From an uncultured Spirochaetota bacterium (GTDB lineage: Bacteria > Spirochaetota > Spirochaetia > SZUA-6 > Fen-1364), in contig CAWJSK010000001.1 of the NCBI GenBank assembly GCA_963845535.1, positions 1 through 64,000 on the forward strand: DNA of 64,000 bases, read 5' to 3'. Below the pieces are notes generated by a model. That model was not told where the DNA came from. It worked only from the letters and a program-made list of their open reading frames with translations, and made no database searches. Shown piece by piece: positions 21,726 to 30,603 of this stretch (positions within the stretch are counted from its first letter, which is position 1; each line of letters begins with the position of its first letter). A program made the translations under genes and the position numbers.

Positions 21726-23105
21726 TTTGCGCCTCCGCGAGCCGAAGTGGGCGCTGCGGCGGGGGCTGACGCGGGTGCTGAAGCGGGCGCTGCGGCGGGC
21801 GCTGACGCGGGTGCCGCAGTGGGGGCCGCCGCTTTCCCGTGCGCGGCAGCGTTCCCCGGCCCGGGGTTCACCGGGTCCCGCTCCGTTTCCTGCCCCGCAT
21901 TCGGCGGCAAGGAACGCGTGCCAGTTCTCCCTGTCCAGGGCGCCTGCCATGATGAACAGGTCCTTGTCCCCCCTGCCCGACATGTTCACGATCACGGCTT
22001 TCTCCGCCGGGTATGATCGCGCGATCTTCATGACCGCGGCAGCCGCATGGGCGGACTCCAGGGCGAACACCATCCCTTCCGTCCTGGCAAAGAACTCCAC
22101 CGCCTCCAGCGCCTCCGCATCCGTTGCCGTCATGAAGCGAATGCGCCCCGTTTCTCCGAGGTGGGCGAGCTGAGGTCCGATCCCCGGGTAGTCCAGCCCC
22201 GCGGAGATCGAGTGCGTGGGAAGGAGCTGGCCGTCTTCGTCCGAAAGGAAGAGCGATTTGTACCCCTGGGCGATCCCCGGCCTGCCTTTTCCGTTCATTC
22301 TGGATGCATGCTCGCCCGCCCGTGACCCACGGCCACCGGCTTCGACGCCAAGGAGCTCCGGACCACTCTGCTCCAGGAACGGTGAGAAAAACCCGATTGC
22401 GTTGGAGCCTCCGCCCACGCACGCAACCATGGCCGCGCAATCGAGCTTCTTCTCCGCCATCTGGCCCACAAGCTCCCTGCCGATCACGGACTGGAACTCC
22501 CGGACCATGTCGGGGTAGGGGGAGGGGCCGAGCGCCGAGCCCATGAGGTAGTGCGTCGTTGGGAAGCTGGAAGCCCAGTCCCGCATTGCCTCGTTCACGG
22601 CGTCCTTCAGCGTCGCCGAACCGCCGCGGACCGGCGCCACTTCCGCTCCGTATCGCTCCATCCAGAAAACGTTCGGCCTCTGACGGCGCATGTCCACTTC
22701 CCCCATGTACACGCGGCAGGGAATGGCGAGCTTCGCGCAGATGGCGGCGGTGGCAACACCGTGCTGGCCGGCGCCCGTCTCCGCGATGATCCGCGTCTTT
22801 CCCATCCGCTGCGCCAGAAGGGCCTGGCCGATTGCGTTGTTGATCTTGTGGGCTCCGGTATGCGCAAGACCCTCGCACTTGATATAGATTTTTGCCCCGC
22901 CAAGGCTGCGCGTGGCGTTGCGGGCAAAGAGGAGCGGCGTCGGCCTTCCGGCGAAATCACGCAGGACTTCGCTCATCTCGGCAAGGAAGCTCTCGGACTC
23001 CATTGCGGAAAGGAAAGCCTCCTGCAGCTCATCCAGCGGCGTACGCAGCATCTCCGCAACGTAGCGGCCGCCGAAGCTCCCGAAAAAGTCGTTATACCTC
23101 TGCAT
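21722..23105 (-). CDS. trpB: Tryptophan synthase beta subunit; reads through into trpA as assembled (728-aa ORF) or ends at 21722 if one extra base is removed
   Basis: HTGAHKINN (PLP Lys), AETGAGQHG, CVGGGSNAIG, SISAGLDYPG, NMSGRGDKD. Confidence 0.95.
21748..21830. repeat. 12-nt-unit tandem repeat (36-nt superperiod) in the trpB-trpA linker
   Basis: gcgctgcggcggg(g/c)gctgacgcgggtgc at 21751 and 21787; encodes APAS/APAA in one minus-strand frame. Confidence 0.8.
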
Positions 23106-24522
23106 TTCTCCGTATCTCCTCGAAGAAAACTTTGAGCTTCCCATGGTCTTTCACCCCGGATGCCGCCTCCAACCTGCTTGATGCGTCAATGAGCTCGGGA
23201 TGAAGCATGCGCACAACCTCACCTACGTTCTCCGGGCCTATGCCCCCGGCAATCCACAACGGGCCGCGCTCACCCACCGCCCGGGCCAGCTCGTGCGGGA
23301 TCCGTTTCCCCGTGCCACCCGCCGCATCCGCGGACCATGCGTCGGCGAGCACGCGCGGGCATCTGTACGCACCCATGCTTTCCACGTCGTTCATTCCCTT
23401 GACCCGCACGGCCTTGTAGTACGGAAAGGCGAGCTCCGCGCATTCATCGGGAGCTTCCTCACCGTGGAACTGGACCGCGTCCACAAGGCTCTCCTCGATC
23501 GCCGCCCGTACGTCCTGTGTCAGACGGGGCTTGCCGTTGTCCCGCTCGGTGACGACCACCGCCACTTTCAGGCAATCCAGGTCCGAAAGCTCCCGAAGAA
23601 GCTGCAGGGAAGCCCTCCGCGTGGAAGGAGCCATCACGAAACCCAGCGCATCCGCTCCCAGGCTGATTGCGGCCTCCGCATCCTGACGGCGCGTAACGCC
23701 GCAGATCTTCACCAGGGGCCGGCCATTTTTCCTGCGCGAATAGAGATGCCTCCAGAATCGGGTCCGTTTTTCATCGAAGCCGGCCAGAAGCGAAGGCACC
23801 GCCTCAGGTGACCGCATTGCCGTCTCTCCAACGAGCACTCCATCGAAGCCGCCGGAAAGCGCGAAGCGAACGTCCTCAGGTCCGCGTATGCCTGACTCGA
23901 AAACAACGCGGGCATTCCAATCGATGAGAGGCCGAAGCGCGAGCGGGTGTGTCAGGTCTGTGTTGAACGTGGCAAGGTCTCGACAGTTGATGCCGACCAG
24001 CGCGGGGGCACAACTCCTGCATTTCGCCACATCCCCGGCGTCATGCACTTCCACCAGCGCTGAAAGGCCTCGGGCGCGCGCGGCGCGGTGCAGCCTGGAC
24101 AGCTCGTCCTCACCAAGGATCGAGGCGATGAGGAGCACGGCGTCCGCTCCCGCCTTCCATGACACCTCGATGTCTTCTTCGTCCAGGAGGAAGTCCTTTC
24201 GGAGCACGGCCACACTCGGCAGCTCCCGCTTGATCCGCGCAAGGTCATCCAGCGAGCCGCCGAAGTTGTCCTCCTCCGTGAGAACGGAGATGGTGCGCAC
24301 CCCCGCGCGCGCGTAGGCCCGGGCCTGCGCCACCACGTCCACCTCCGGAGCGATCTCTCCCCTGGACGGCGAGCGCCGCTTCACCTCGCAGATGAGAAAC
24401 GGATCAACGCCGAAGGTTGTCGCGGGAGCATCGCGGGCTTCCCGCGCGCGCGCGCCGAGCCAGTAGCCCTCCTTTGACAGGCGCTCTTTGCGGCGCGCAA
24501 CGATTTTCTCCACGATTGTCAT
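23092..24522 (-). CDS. trpCF: Bifunctional indole-3-glycerol-phosphate synthase / phosphoribosylanthranilate isomerase
   Basis: ICEVKRRSPS, SVLTE, LRKDF, ESGI, then VKICGVT, VQFHG, GGTG, AGGIGPEN. Confidence 0.95.
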   Translation of the reverse strand: MTIVEKIVARRKERLSKEGYWLGARAREARDAPATTFGVDPFLICEVKRRSPSRGEIAPEVDVVAQARAYARAGVRTISVLTEEDNFGGSLDDLARIKRELPSVAVLRKDFLLDEEDIEVSWKAGADAVLLIASILGEDELSRLHRAARARGLSALVEVHDAGDVAKCRSCAPALVGINCRDLATFNTDLTHPLALRPLIDWNARVVFESGIRGPEDVRFALSGGFDGVLVGETAMRSPEAVPSLLAGFDEKRTRFWRHLYSRRKNGRPLVKICGVTRRQDAEAAISLGADALGFVMAPSTRRASLQLLRELSDLDCLKVAVVVTERDNGKPRLTQDVRAAIEESLVDAVQFHGEEAPDECAELAFPYYKAVRVKGMNDVESMGAYRCPRVLADAWSADAAGGTGKRIPHELARAVGERGPLWIAGGIGPENVGEVVRMLHPELIDASSRLEAASGVKDHGKLKVFFEEIRRNAEV

Positions 24523-24538
24523 CCCTGCCACCCGCCCG

Positions 24539-26161
24539 TCACGCGGCGCTGACCTTCGCGCTCTTGGCGTCAGAGACCTGCTCCCCTCTGATCTTCGCAA
24601 GGGCAGCCCTCGCTTCACCTGACTCCAGCGCCGTTCGGGCTCTCAGATAGCCGTCGCCGATGTTTCGCGTCATCCCGCAGATGTACAGCGCGGCTCCCGC
24701 GTTGAGAAGCACCGCCTCGCGCACCGCGTCCGGTCCCCGTCCATCCAGGACGGCCAACGCCGTTGCCGCATTCTGCATGGCGTTTCCCCCTTTCAGTGCG
24801 TCGACGGGGAACCGCGGGATCCCGAACTCTTCCGGGGTGAGCGTGTAGTCACGCCGTGTCCCCGTTTCATCCACCTCGACAACGAGCGTGCGCGCGCAGA
24901 CCGAGATCTCATCCAGGCCGTCCTCACCGTGGACCGTCATGACCCTTCTCACACCGAGCAGATGGGCCGCTTCAGCCATGGGCGCGCAAAACCCCGGATC
25001 GAACACGCCGATAAGCTGGTAGGAAGCGTCCGCGGGATTGGAGAGAGGTCCCACAAGGTTCATAACGCTCTTGACCCCCAGCTCGTTCCTGGCCTTGGCC
25101 GCGTGGCGCATTGCCCCGTGGTAGGTCGGGGCAAAGAGGAAGCAGAACCCCGTGTCGCGCAGGAGCTTCTCACTCACCGCGGGCGGGACGTCCACGGGAA
25201 CGCCCATCTCCCGGTAGAACTCCGCGCTTCCGCAGAGGGAGCTTGCGGCGCGGTTGCCGTGCTTTGCAACGAGCGCCCCGCAGGAGGCGGCCACGATTGC
25301 CGCCAGAGAGGAGATGTTGAACGTTCCCAGTCCGTCTCCGCCCGTGCCGCACGTGTCCAGGACCTTGCGGTCGCTTGCAAAAGCCTTCTTCTTGCGCCGC
25401 AGGACCGAGGCGAACCCCGCCAGGGTATCCGGCGTGATGAGGTTCCCGGTAAGGGAGGCAAGGACGCCGGCGATCTGAACATCGGTGAGCTGGCCGTCAG
25501 TCAGCTCGTCCATGAATGCCTCCGCCTCGGTCCTGCTCATGGCCTGTTCCCGCTGAAGCGCGCCGAGAACGGCGGACAGGGGGAACGGCTCCCGGCGGTA
25601 GCGGAGGAAGTTGCGCAGGCAGCTTTTGCCCGCCTCTGATGCAATCGACTCCGGATGGAACTGGAGCCCCTCGATGACGTGCGTCCGATGGCGGACGCCC
25701 ATGACTTCACCGTCCGGAGAGGTGGCCGTAACCTCCAGCTCTTCGGGAAGCGAATCACGCTGGATCACGAGGGAATGGTAGCGGGTGAACTTCGCCGAGC
25801 GCGGCAGGCCGCGGAACAGGCCCCGGCCGTCAAGGGACATCTCCTCTGTCTTTCCGTGCACGATCCGTTGGGCGGTGACGATTTTTGCTCCAAAGGCCTG
25901 GCCAATTGCCTGGTGGCCGAGGCAGACGCCGAGGATGGGCACGGTGCCGGCAAGGCGCTGGATGCACTCCACGCTGATCCCCGCGTCCTCCGGCCTGCCA
26001 GGCCCCGGGGAGATGACGACGCCCGCGGGGTTCATGGCAATCACCTCGTCCACGGTGATCCGATCGTTTCGAAAAACCTCCACCTTCTCCTCCGTCAGCT
26101 CGCAGAGGTACTGGTAGAGATTGTGGGTGAAGGAATCGTAGTTGTCGATGATGACGTACAC
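24539..26161 (-). CDS. trpGD: Bifunctional anthranilate synthase component II / anthranilate phosphoribosyltransferase
   Basis: IDNYDSFT, SPGPG, GVCLGHQ, QFHPES, then DTCGTGGD, KHGNR, GLDE. Confidence 0.96.
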   Translation of the reverse strand: MYVIIDNYDSFTHNLYQYLCELTEEKVEVFRNDRITVDEVIAMNPAGVVISPGPGRPEDAGISVECIQRLAGTVPILGVCLGHQAIGQAFGAKIVTAQRIVHGKTEEMSLDGRGLFRGLPRSAKFTRYHSLVIQRDSLPEELEVTATSPDGEVMGVRHRTHVIEGLQFHPESIASEAGKSCLRNFLRYRREPFPLSAVLGALQREQAMSRTEAEAFMDELTDGQLTDVQIAGVLASLTGNLITPDTLAGFASVLRRKKKAFASDRKVLDTCGTGGDGLGTFNISSLAAIVAASCGALVAKHGNRAASSLCGSAEFYREMGVPVDVPPAVSEKLLRDTGFCFLFAPTYHGAMRHAAKARNELGVKSVMNLVGPLSNPADASYQLIGVFDPGFCAPMAEAAHLLGVRRVMTVHGEDGLDEISVCARTLVVEVDETGTRRDYTLTPEEFGIPRFPVDALKGGNAMQNAATALAVLDGRGPDAVREAVLLNAGAALYICGMTRNIGDGYLRARTALESGEARAALAKIRGEQVSDAKSAKVSAA

Positions 26162-26163
26162 GG

Positions 26164-27579
26164 CTAGACCTCCTTGTATCCGATTGCCCGTGCAAGGGCC
26201 CCGAGCTTTGCTTCCGTCTCCTGGAACTCCTTCTCCGGCACTGAGTCGTAGACAATCCCGGCGCCCGCTTGAAGGATCATGCGGTCCCCCTGTCTCAGCG
26301 CGCTCCTGATTGTGATGCAGGAGTCCAGGGATCCGTCCGACTCCACGTGGGCAACGACCCCCGCATAGAAGCCCCTCTTTTCGCGTTCCAGGGAGTCGAT
26401 CACCTCCACGGCCCTGATCTTCGGGGCGCCTGAGACCGTGCCCGCGGGGAACGTTGCGCGAAGCGCATCCAGGCCGTTCTTGTCCTCACGGAGCCGGCCT
26501 TCCACCTGGGACACGATGTGCATCACGTGGGAGTACCTCTCCACCTCCATGAACTCGGGAACCTCCACGCTGCCTGGCTCGCAGACCCTGCCCAGGTCGT
26601 TCCGTGCAAGGTCCACCAGCATCAGGTGCTCGGCGCGCTCTTTCTCATCCGCCAGCAGCTCTTTCTCCAGTGCCCTGTCCTGCTCCGCCGTTGCCCCGCG
26701 CCGGCGGGTCCCCGCAAGCGGGCGCATCATGGCCCGCCCATCCTTGGCTTTCACGTGGACTTCGGGGGAAGCGCCAAAGAGCTGGAAATCCTGGAAGTCC
26801 AGGTAGAACATATACGGCGACGGGTTCAGGCTTCTAAGAGCTCGGTACGCCTCGATTGCGGGCATTGTGGTTTTCAGCTCCACCCGGCGGGACAACACCC
26901 CTTGGAGCAGGTTCCCCTTGATGATCTCCTGCCGTACGGCTTCCACGCCGGCGAGGTAGGCGTCATGATCATCCGGCCGTGGGACCACTTCCACCGGCCA
27001 GGCGCGAGCGTTGGGCGCCATGAAGTTGAAGTCCAGGTCGTTGATCCGCGCCTCGGTCTCATCCAGCGCCCGGGCAAGGTCGATGCTTTTCTGCCGGTAG
27101 TTCAGGCCCACAAGCGTGATGGTATCCGTGTAGTGGTCGAAGACGAGGAAGACGTTTCCGAAAATGAACATTGCATCCGGCACGGCCAGCGGGTCCGGCT
27201 TTTCCCGAAGCCGAATGGTGTCGAACCGGGCGCAATACTCGTAGGAGAGAAACCCTATCCCGCCCGTAGGCAGGGGAAACGCCGTGGCCAGTCCCTCATG
27301 CTGCCCGCTGAAGTGAGAGAGCACGTCCAGGATGTCACGCGCTTTTGTTTTCAGCGCAAGGGTGGTCCCATCCCTGGCCATGAAGAACTCTTCCCCTTTC
27401 TGGAATACCCGGAAGGCCTCCCGAACGAGCAGGAACGAGTACCTCTCTTTCCCGCGGTGGAAAGAGGCGGATTCCAGGAGCGCCCTGGCCTCAAGTTTCT
27501 TGGCAAGGGAAAGGGGCGTGAACCGCTCTCCATTGATCACTCGTATCAGGACCTTTTCTTTCTGCGTCGCAACAGCCAT
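26164..27579 (-). CDS. trpE: Anthranilate synthase component I
   Basis: LLESA, NPSPYMFY, ASPE, KERAEHLMLVDLARND, PAGTVSGAPK. Confidence 0.96.
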   Translation of the reverse strand: MAVATQKEKVLIRVINGERFTPLSLAKKLEARALLESASFHRGKERYSFLLVREAFRVFQKGEEFFMARDGTTLALKTKARDILDVLSHFSGQHEGLATAFPLPTGGIGFLSYEYCARFDTIRLREKPDPLAVPDAMFIFGNVFLVFDHYTDTITLVGLNYRQKSIDLARALDETEARINDLDFNFMAPNARAWPVEVVPRPDDHDAYLAGVEAVRQEIIKGNLLQGVLSRRVELKTTMPAIEAYRALRSLNPSPYMFYLDFQDFQLFGASPEVHVKAKDGRAMMRPLAGTRRRGATAEQDRALEKELLADEKERAEHLMLVDLARNDLGRVCEPGSVEVPEFMEVERYSHVMHIVSQVEGRLREDKNGLDALRATFPAGTVSGAPKIRAVEVIDSLEREKRGFYAGVVAHVESDGSLDSCITIRSALRQGDRMILQAGAGIVYDSVPEKEFQETEAKLGALARAIGYKEV

Positions 27580-27669
27580 TCCGGACTCCTCCCTCACTCG
27601 ACTCGATCGGACCGTCCGCGGGGAGCGAGCTCACTCCATCCCGACTCGGGCGAATCCCTTCGGACCAAC

Positions 27670-27710
27670 AAAAAAAGCCGCGGAGCCTGTACGACAGGCA
27701 CCGCGGCTTT
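27670..27710 (-). terminator. trp leader terminator T2
   Basis: Minus strand AAAGCCGCGG-TGCCTGT-CGT-ACAGGC-T-CCGCGGC followed by T7. Confidence 0.9.
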
Positions 27711-27711
27711 A

Positions 27712-27760
27712 TAAATAAAAAGCGCAGGGCCTGGCCTCCTCAGCCAGAACCTGCGCCTTT
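27712..27760 (-). terminator. trp leader terminator T1 (3:4 hairpin)
   Basis: Minus strand GCGCAGG-TT-CTGGC...GCCAG-GC-CCTGCGC followed by TTTTTATTT. Confidence 0.85.
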
Positions 27761-27802
27761 CGCGCCTCCGCACGCCAAAGGCGTGCTAGGGCATGGTTCT
27801 GG

Positions 27803-27868
27803 CTATCCCCAGAACCACCACCAGTTCGTCACATTGGAAAGGCGGGCAAACCCGCGCGTGCAGACCAT
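27803..27868 (-). CDS. trpL: trp operon leader peptide MVCTRGFARLSNVTNWWWFWG
   Basis: 21 aa with four Trp codons immediately before alternative hairpins and terminators upstream of trpE. Confidence 0.9.
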   Translation of the reverse strand: MVCTRGFARLSNVTNWWWFWG

Positions 27869-27874
27869 GCATGC

Positions 27875-27903
27875 AACATACTGGACGCCTGCGCCTGCGT
27901 CAA
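27875..27903 (-). promoter_or_regulatory. sigma70-type promoter of the trp leader
   Basis: TTGACG-17-TATGTT, ending 6 nt before the leader ATG; no SD (leaderless geometry). Confidence 0.7.
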
Positions 27904-27968
27904 GGGGGTGCCACGAGAAAAATTGACGAAACTTCCGGGAATGGTGATCTTGAAACGGGAGGATACCA

Positions 27969-28439
27969 ATGGACACCGTGAGGGAAGTTCTGGCTGCCAA
28001 GGGCGGGGGCGTCTTCAGCGTCCGGCCGGGTGCGACGGTTTTCGAGGCCCTCGAAGTCATGGCTGACAAGGGCGTTGGCGCCGTCCTGGTTGTCGACGAG
28101 TCGAACAAGCTGGTCGGCATTTTCTCCGAGCGCGACCATGCCAGGAAGCTCGATCTCCGAGGCAAGAATGCCCGCGCCACCCTTGTTCGGGACGTCATGA
28201 CCTCGGAGATGCTTGGAGTGGAGCCTTCGACAACCGTGCGTGAGTGCATGTCGCTCATGACAGCTCGACGCATCCGCCACCTCCCTGTCCTGGACGGCGG
28301 CAAGCTGGTGGGGATGATCTCCATTGGCGACGTGGTGAAGACCATCATCACGGTGCAGGAGCTGATGATCTCCCAGCAAGCCTACATGATCGGGCAGTAC
28401 GAGCGGTCCCTCGCCGGCGGGCCTGCAGCCCTAGTGTAG
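27969..28439 (+). CDS. CBS-domain pair protein
   Basis: GGGAGG SD; LVGIFSERD, RIRHLPV, GMISIGDVVK; stop codon as assembled lies inside the IS left end. Confidence 0.9.
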   Translation: MDTVREVLAAKGGGVFSVRPGATVFEALEVMADKGVGAVLVVDESNKLVGIFSERDHARKLDLRGKNARATLVRDVMTSEMLGVEPSTTVRECMSLMTARRIRHLPVLDGGKLVGMISIGDVVKTIITVQELMISQQAYMIGQYERSLAGGPAALV

Positions 28440-29592
28440 TGTCCGACAATAGGGTTGTATTAATTACTTCGGCGTAGTATTGTTTCGATTATGGCACGAC
28501 CGATTTCTGTGTTGGAGTTGACGACGGAAGAGCGAACGGAGCTCGACAAGCGCGTGCGGTCCAGCATGACTTCCAAGCGCGACCACTTGCGTGCTTCAAT
28601 CGTGCTCAGGCGAGCACAAGGGATAAAGCAATCCGAGGTGGCCGGGGAGTTTGGAGTCAGTGTGGCCTGCGTGAACAAGTGGTCGCAGCGCTTTGAGCTG
28701 CATGGCCTTAAAGGTCTGGTTGACCTGGAAGGTCGGGGCCGTAAGGCATCGATTCCGTTGCGTAAGGTCCAGCGTGTTATCAGCGAAGCGACTCGTCCAC
28801 CGGCTCCGCGGACGCGGTGGACGGTACGCACGATGGCGAAACACGTCGGCATCTCAGCGGACAGCGTGCATAGGCTGTGGGCGGCCAACGACATCAAGCC
28901 ACACCGCATCGAGCAATTCAAACTGTCGCGCGATCCGCATTTCGAGCAGAAGTTCTGGGATGTGATCGGGCTGTATCTGGATCCGCCGCAGAAGGCACTG
29001 GTACTTTGCTGTGACGAGAAGTCTCAAGTCCAGGCTCTCGAACGCACTCAACCGGGACTGCCTCTGGGCATCGGTCATATCAGGACCAAGACCCATGACT
29101 ACAGGCGCCATGGCACCATCACGCTGTTCGCCGCGCTGAACTACCTGGACGGCAAGATCATCTCACGCACCGAGCAGAAGCATTCCAACGTGGAGTGGCT
29201 GCGGTTCCTGAAGCAAATCGATCGCGAGACTCCCAAGGACCTGGACTTACACCTCATCGTGGACAACTACGGCACGCACAAGCACCAGAACGTCAAGAAG
29301 TGGCTGGCGGCTCACCGACGCTTCCACCTTCATTTCACACCGACCGGCTCCTCCTGGATGAACCTTGTCGAGCGATTCTTTGCAGACCTGAGCCAAGAGG
29401 TCATTCGAGACGGCAGTTTCGCCAACGTTGGTGAACTCACCGGCGACATCGAGTCCTACCTGATCCAGCGCAACCTTGAACCCAAACCCTACAGATGGAA
29501 AGCCAAGGGCGAGGAAATCCTACGCAAGATCGAGCGCGCAAAAAAGGCGCTGACGGGATCTGTTAATTAATGGTAATTGGCGTACAGAACAC
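28434..29592 (+). mobile_element. IS630-family insertion sequence with TA target duplication (CTAG site)
   Basis: Imperfect terminal IRs: ctagtgtagtgtccgacaat vs reverse complement ctagtgttctgtacgccaat (16/20); flanking TA at 28432-33 and 29593-94. Confidence 0.92.
28491..29570 (+). CDS. IS630 transposase, intact single ORF
   Basis: N-terminal HTH, CCDEKSQ, HDYRRHGT, IVDNYGTHK, SSWMNLVERFF (DDE). Confidence 0.96.
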   Translation: MARPISVLELTTEERTELDKRVRSSMTSKRDHLRASIVLRRAQGIKQSEVAGEFGVSVACVNKWSQRFELHGLKGLVDLEGRGRKASIPLRKVQRVISEATRPPAPRTRWTVRTMAKHVGISADSVHRLWAANDIKPHRIEQFKLSRDPHFEQKFWDVIGLYLDPPQKALVLCCDEKSQVQALERTQPGLPLGIGHIRTKTHDYRRHGTITLFAALNYLDGKIISRTEQKHSNVEWLRFLKQIDRETPKDLDLHLIVDNYGTHKHQNVKKWLAAHRRFHLHFTPTGSSWMNLVERFFADLSQEVIRDGSFANVGELTGDIESYLIQRNLEPKPYRWKAKGEEILRKIERAKKALTGSVN

Positions 29593-29622
29593 TAGCGCCG
29601 GAGGCGCGCGGCGGAGGGCGGA

Positions 29623-29658
29623 GGTCGGCCAAGGCCAGGGATGGCCGAGAGGCCGACC
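29623..29658 (+). repeat. GGA-loop hairpin element, copy 2
   Basis: ggtcggcc-aa-ggcca-ggga-tggcc-gaga-ggccgacc; outer stem identical to the copy at 61735-61770. Confidence 0.7.
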
Positions 29659-30519
29659 CTAGCCCTCCCGGAAGACTTCCTCCAGCGCCGCTCTCATCAC
29701 GGAGGCGTCGGGTTCGACTCCAGTCCAGTACTTCACGCCGATCACTCCCTGGTTGACCAGCATGCCCAACCCGTCGATCACGCGACAGCCCTTCTCCGTG
29801 GCGGCGCGCACCAGGCCCGTGCGGGGCGGGTTGGGGATGACGTCAGCCACCACCATCCGCGGCAGCAGAGTCTGGACGTCCAGGGGAAGCTTTGCGTCCA
29901 CGTCAGGGAAAAGCCCGATGGACGTGGCGTTGATGACCACGTCGCTGTCCGCCGGCACTTTGAAAAGACCGTCCCAAGGGGCGTAATCGGCCTTCACTCT
30001 CGCGCGTTCGCCCAGGAGCTCCGCAAGCTCGCGACCGCGTTCCTTACCCCGATTTGCAACCGTGATTCGAGCCGCGCCGGCCAGGGCAAGCTCCACGCCG
30101 ATTGCCCGGGCGGCTCCGCCGGCGCCGAAGAGGAGGACATTTTTCCCCTTGGGATCCATGACTTCCCGCAAGGACTTCAGGAAGCCTTTGCCGTCCGTGT
30201 TCTCTCCAACGAGCTTCTTTCCCCTGCGCACGACGCAGTTGACGGCGCCCATGAGCCGTGCCGATTCGGCAATCTCATCGAGGAACGGTATCACGGCCAC
30301 CTTGTGCGGAATGGTGCAGTTGAACCCGGCAAAGCCAAGCGCCCGCGCGCCCCTCACCGCGTCTTCGAGGTCCGCCGGATCCACCTCCAAGGTAAGGTAG
30401 CGCCAGGAGAGCCCGTGGTGTCGATACGCCGCTTCCACCATGACCTGCGTCGGGTTCTCCGCGACAGGCTTGCCGAATACGGCCGTGATCTCCTGCTTGA
30501 AGTTCGGGGCTGTTTTCAT
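29659..30519 (-). CDS. aroE: Shikimate dehydrogenase family protein
   Basis: GFNCTIPHK, GAVN, NTDGKGF, GAGGAARA, INATSIG, DGLGMLVNQG. Confidence 0.92.
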   Translation of the reverse strand: MKTAPNFKQEITAVFGKPVAENPTQVMVEAAYRHHGLSWRYLTLEVDPADLEDAVRGARALGFAGFNCTIPHKVAVIPFLDEIAESARLMGAVNCVVRRGKKLVGENTDGKGFLKSLREVMDPKGKNVLLFGAGGAARAIGVELALAGAARITVANRGKERGRELAELLGERARVKADYAPWDGLFKVPADSDVVINATSIGLFPDVDAKLPLDVQTLLPRMVVADVIPNPPRTGLVRAATEKGCRVIDGLGMLVNQGVIGVKYWTGVEPDASVMRAALEEVFREG

Positions 30520-30603
30520 GGGCGCCGCCTCCTGTGCGCCCGATTCTACCTGCCAGCCCTCCGCCCCGTCTACGGACTCTTTGCTTCGATGGACTCTTTG
30601 CTT

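Noticed and set aside
27803..28351. 182-aa ORF ending in WWWFWG
   Set aside because: Mostly the antisense shadow of the CBS gene; only the last 21 codons behind the promoter make sense as trpL
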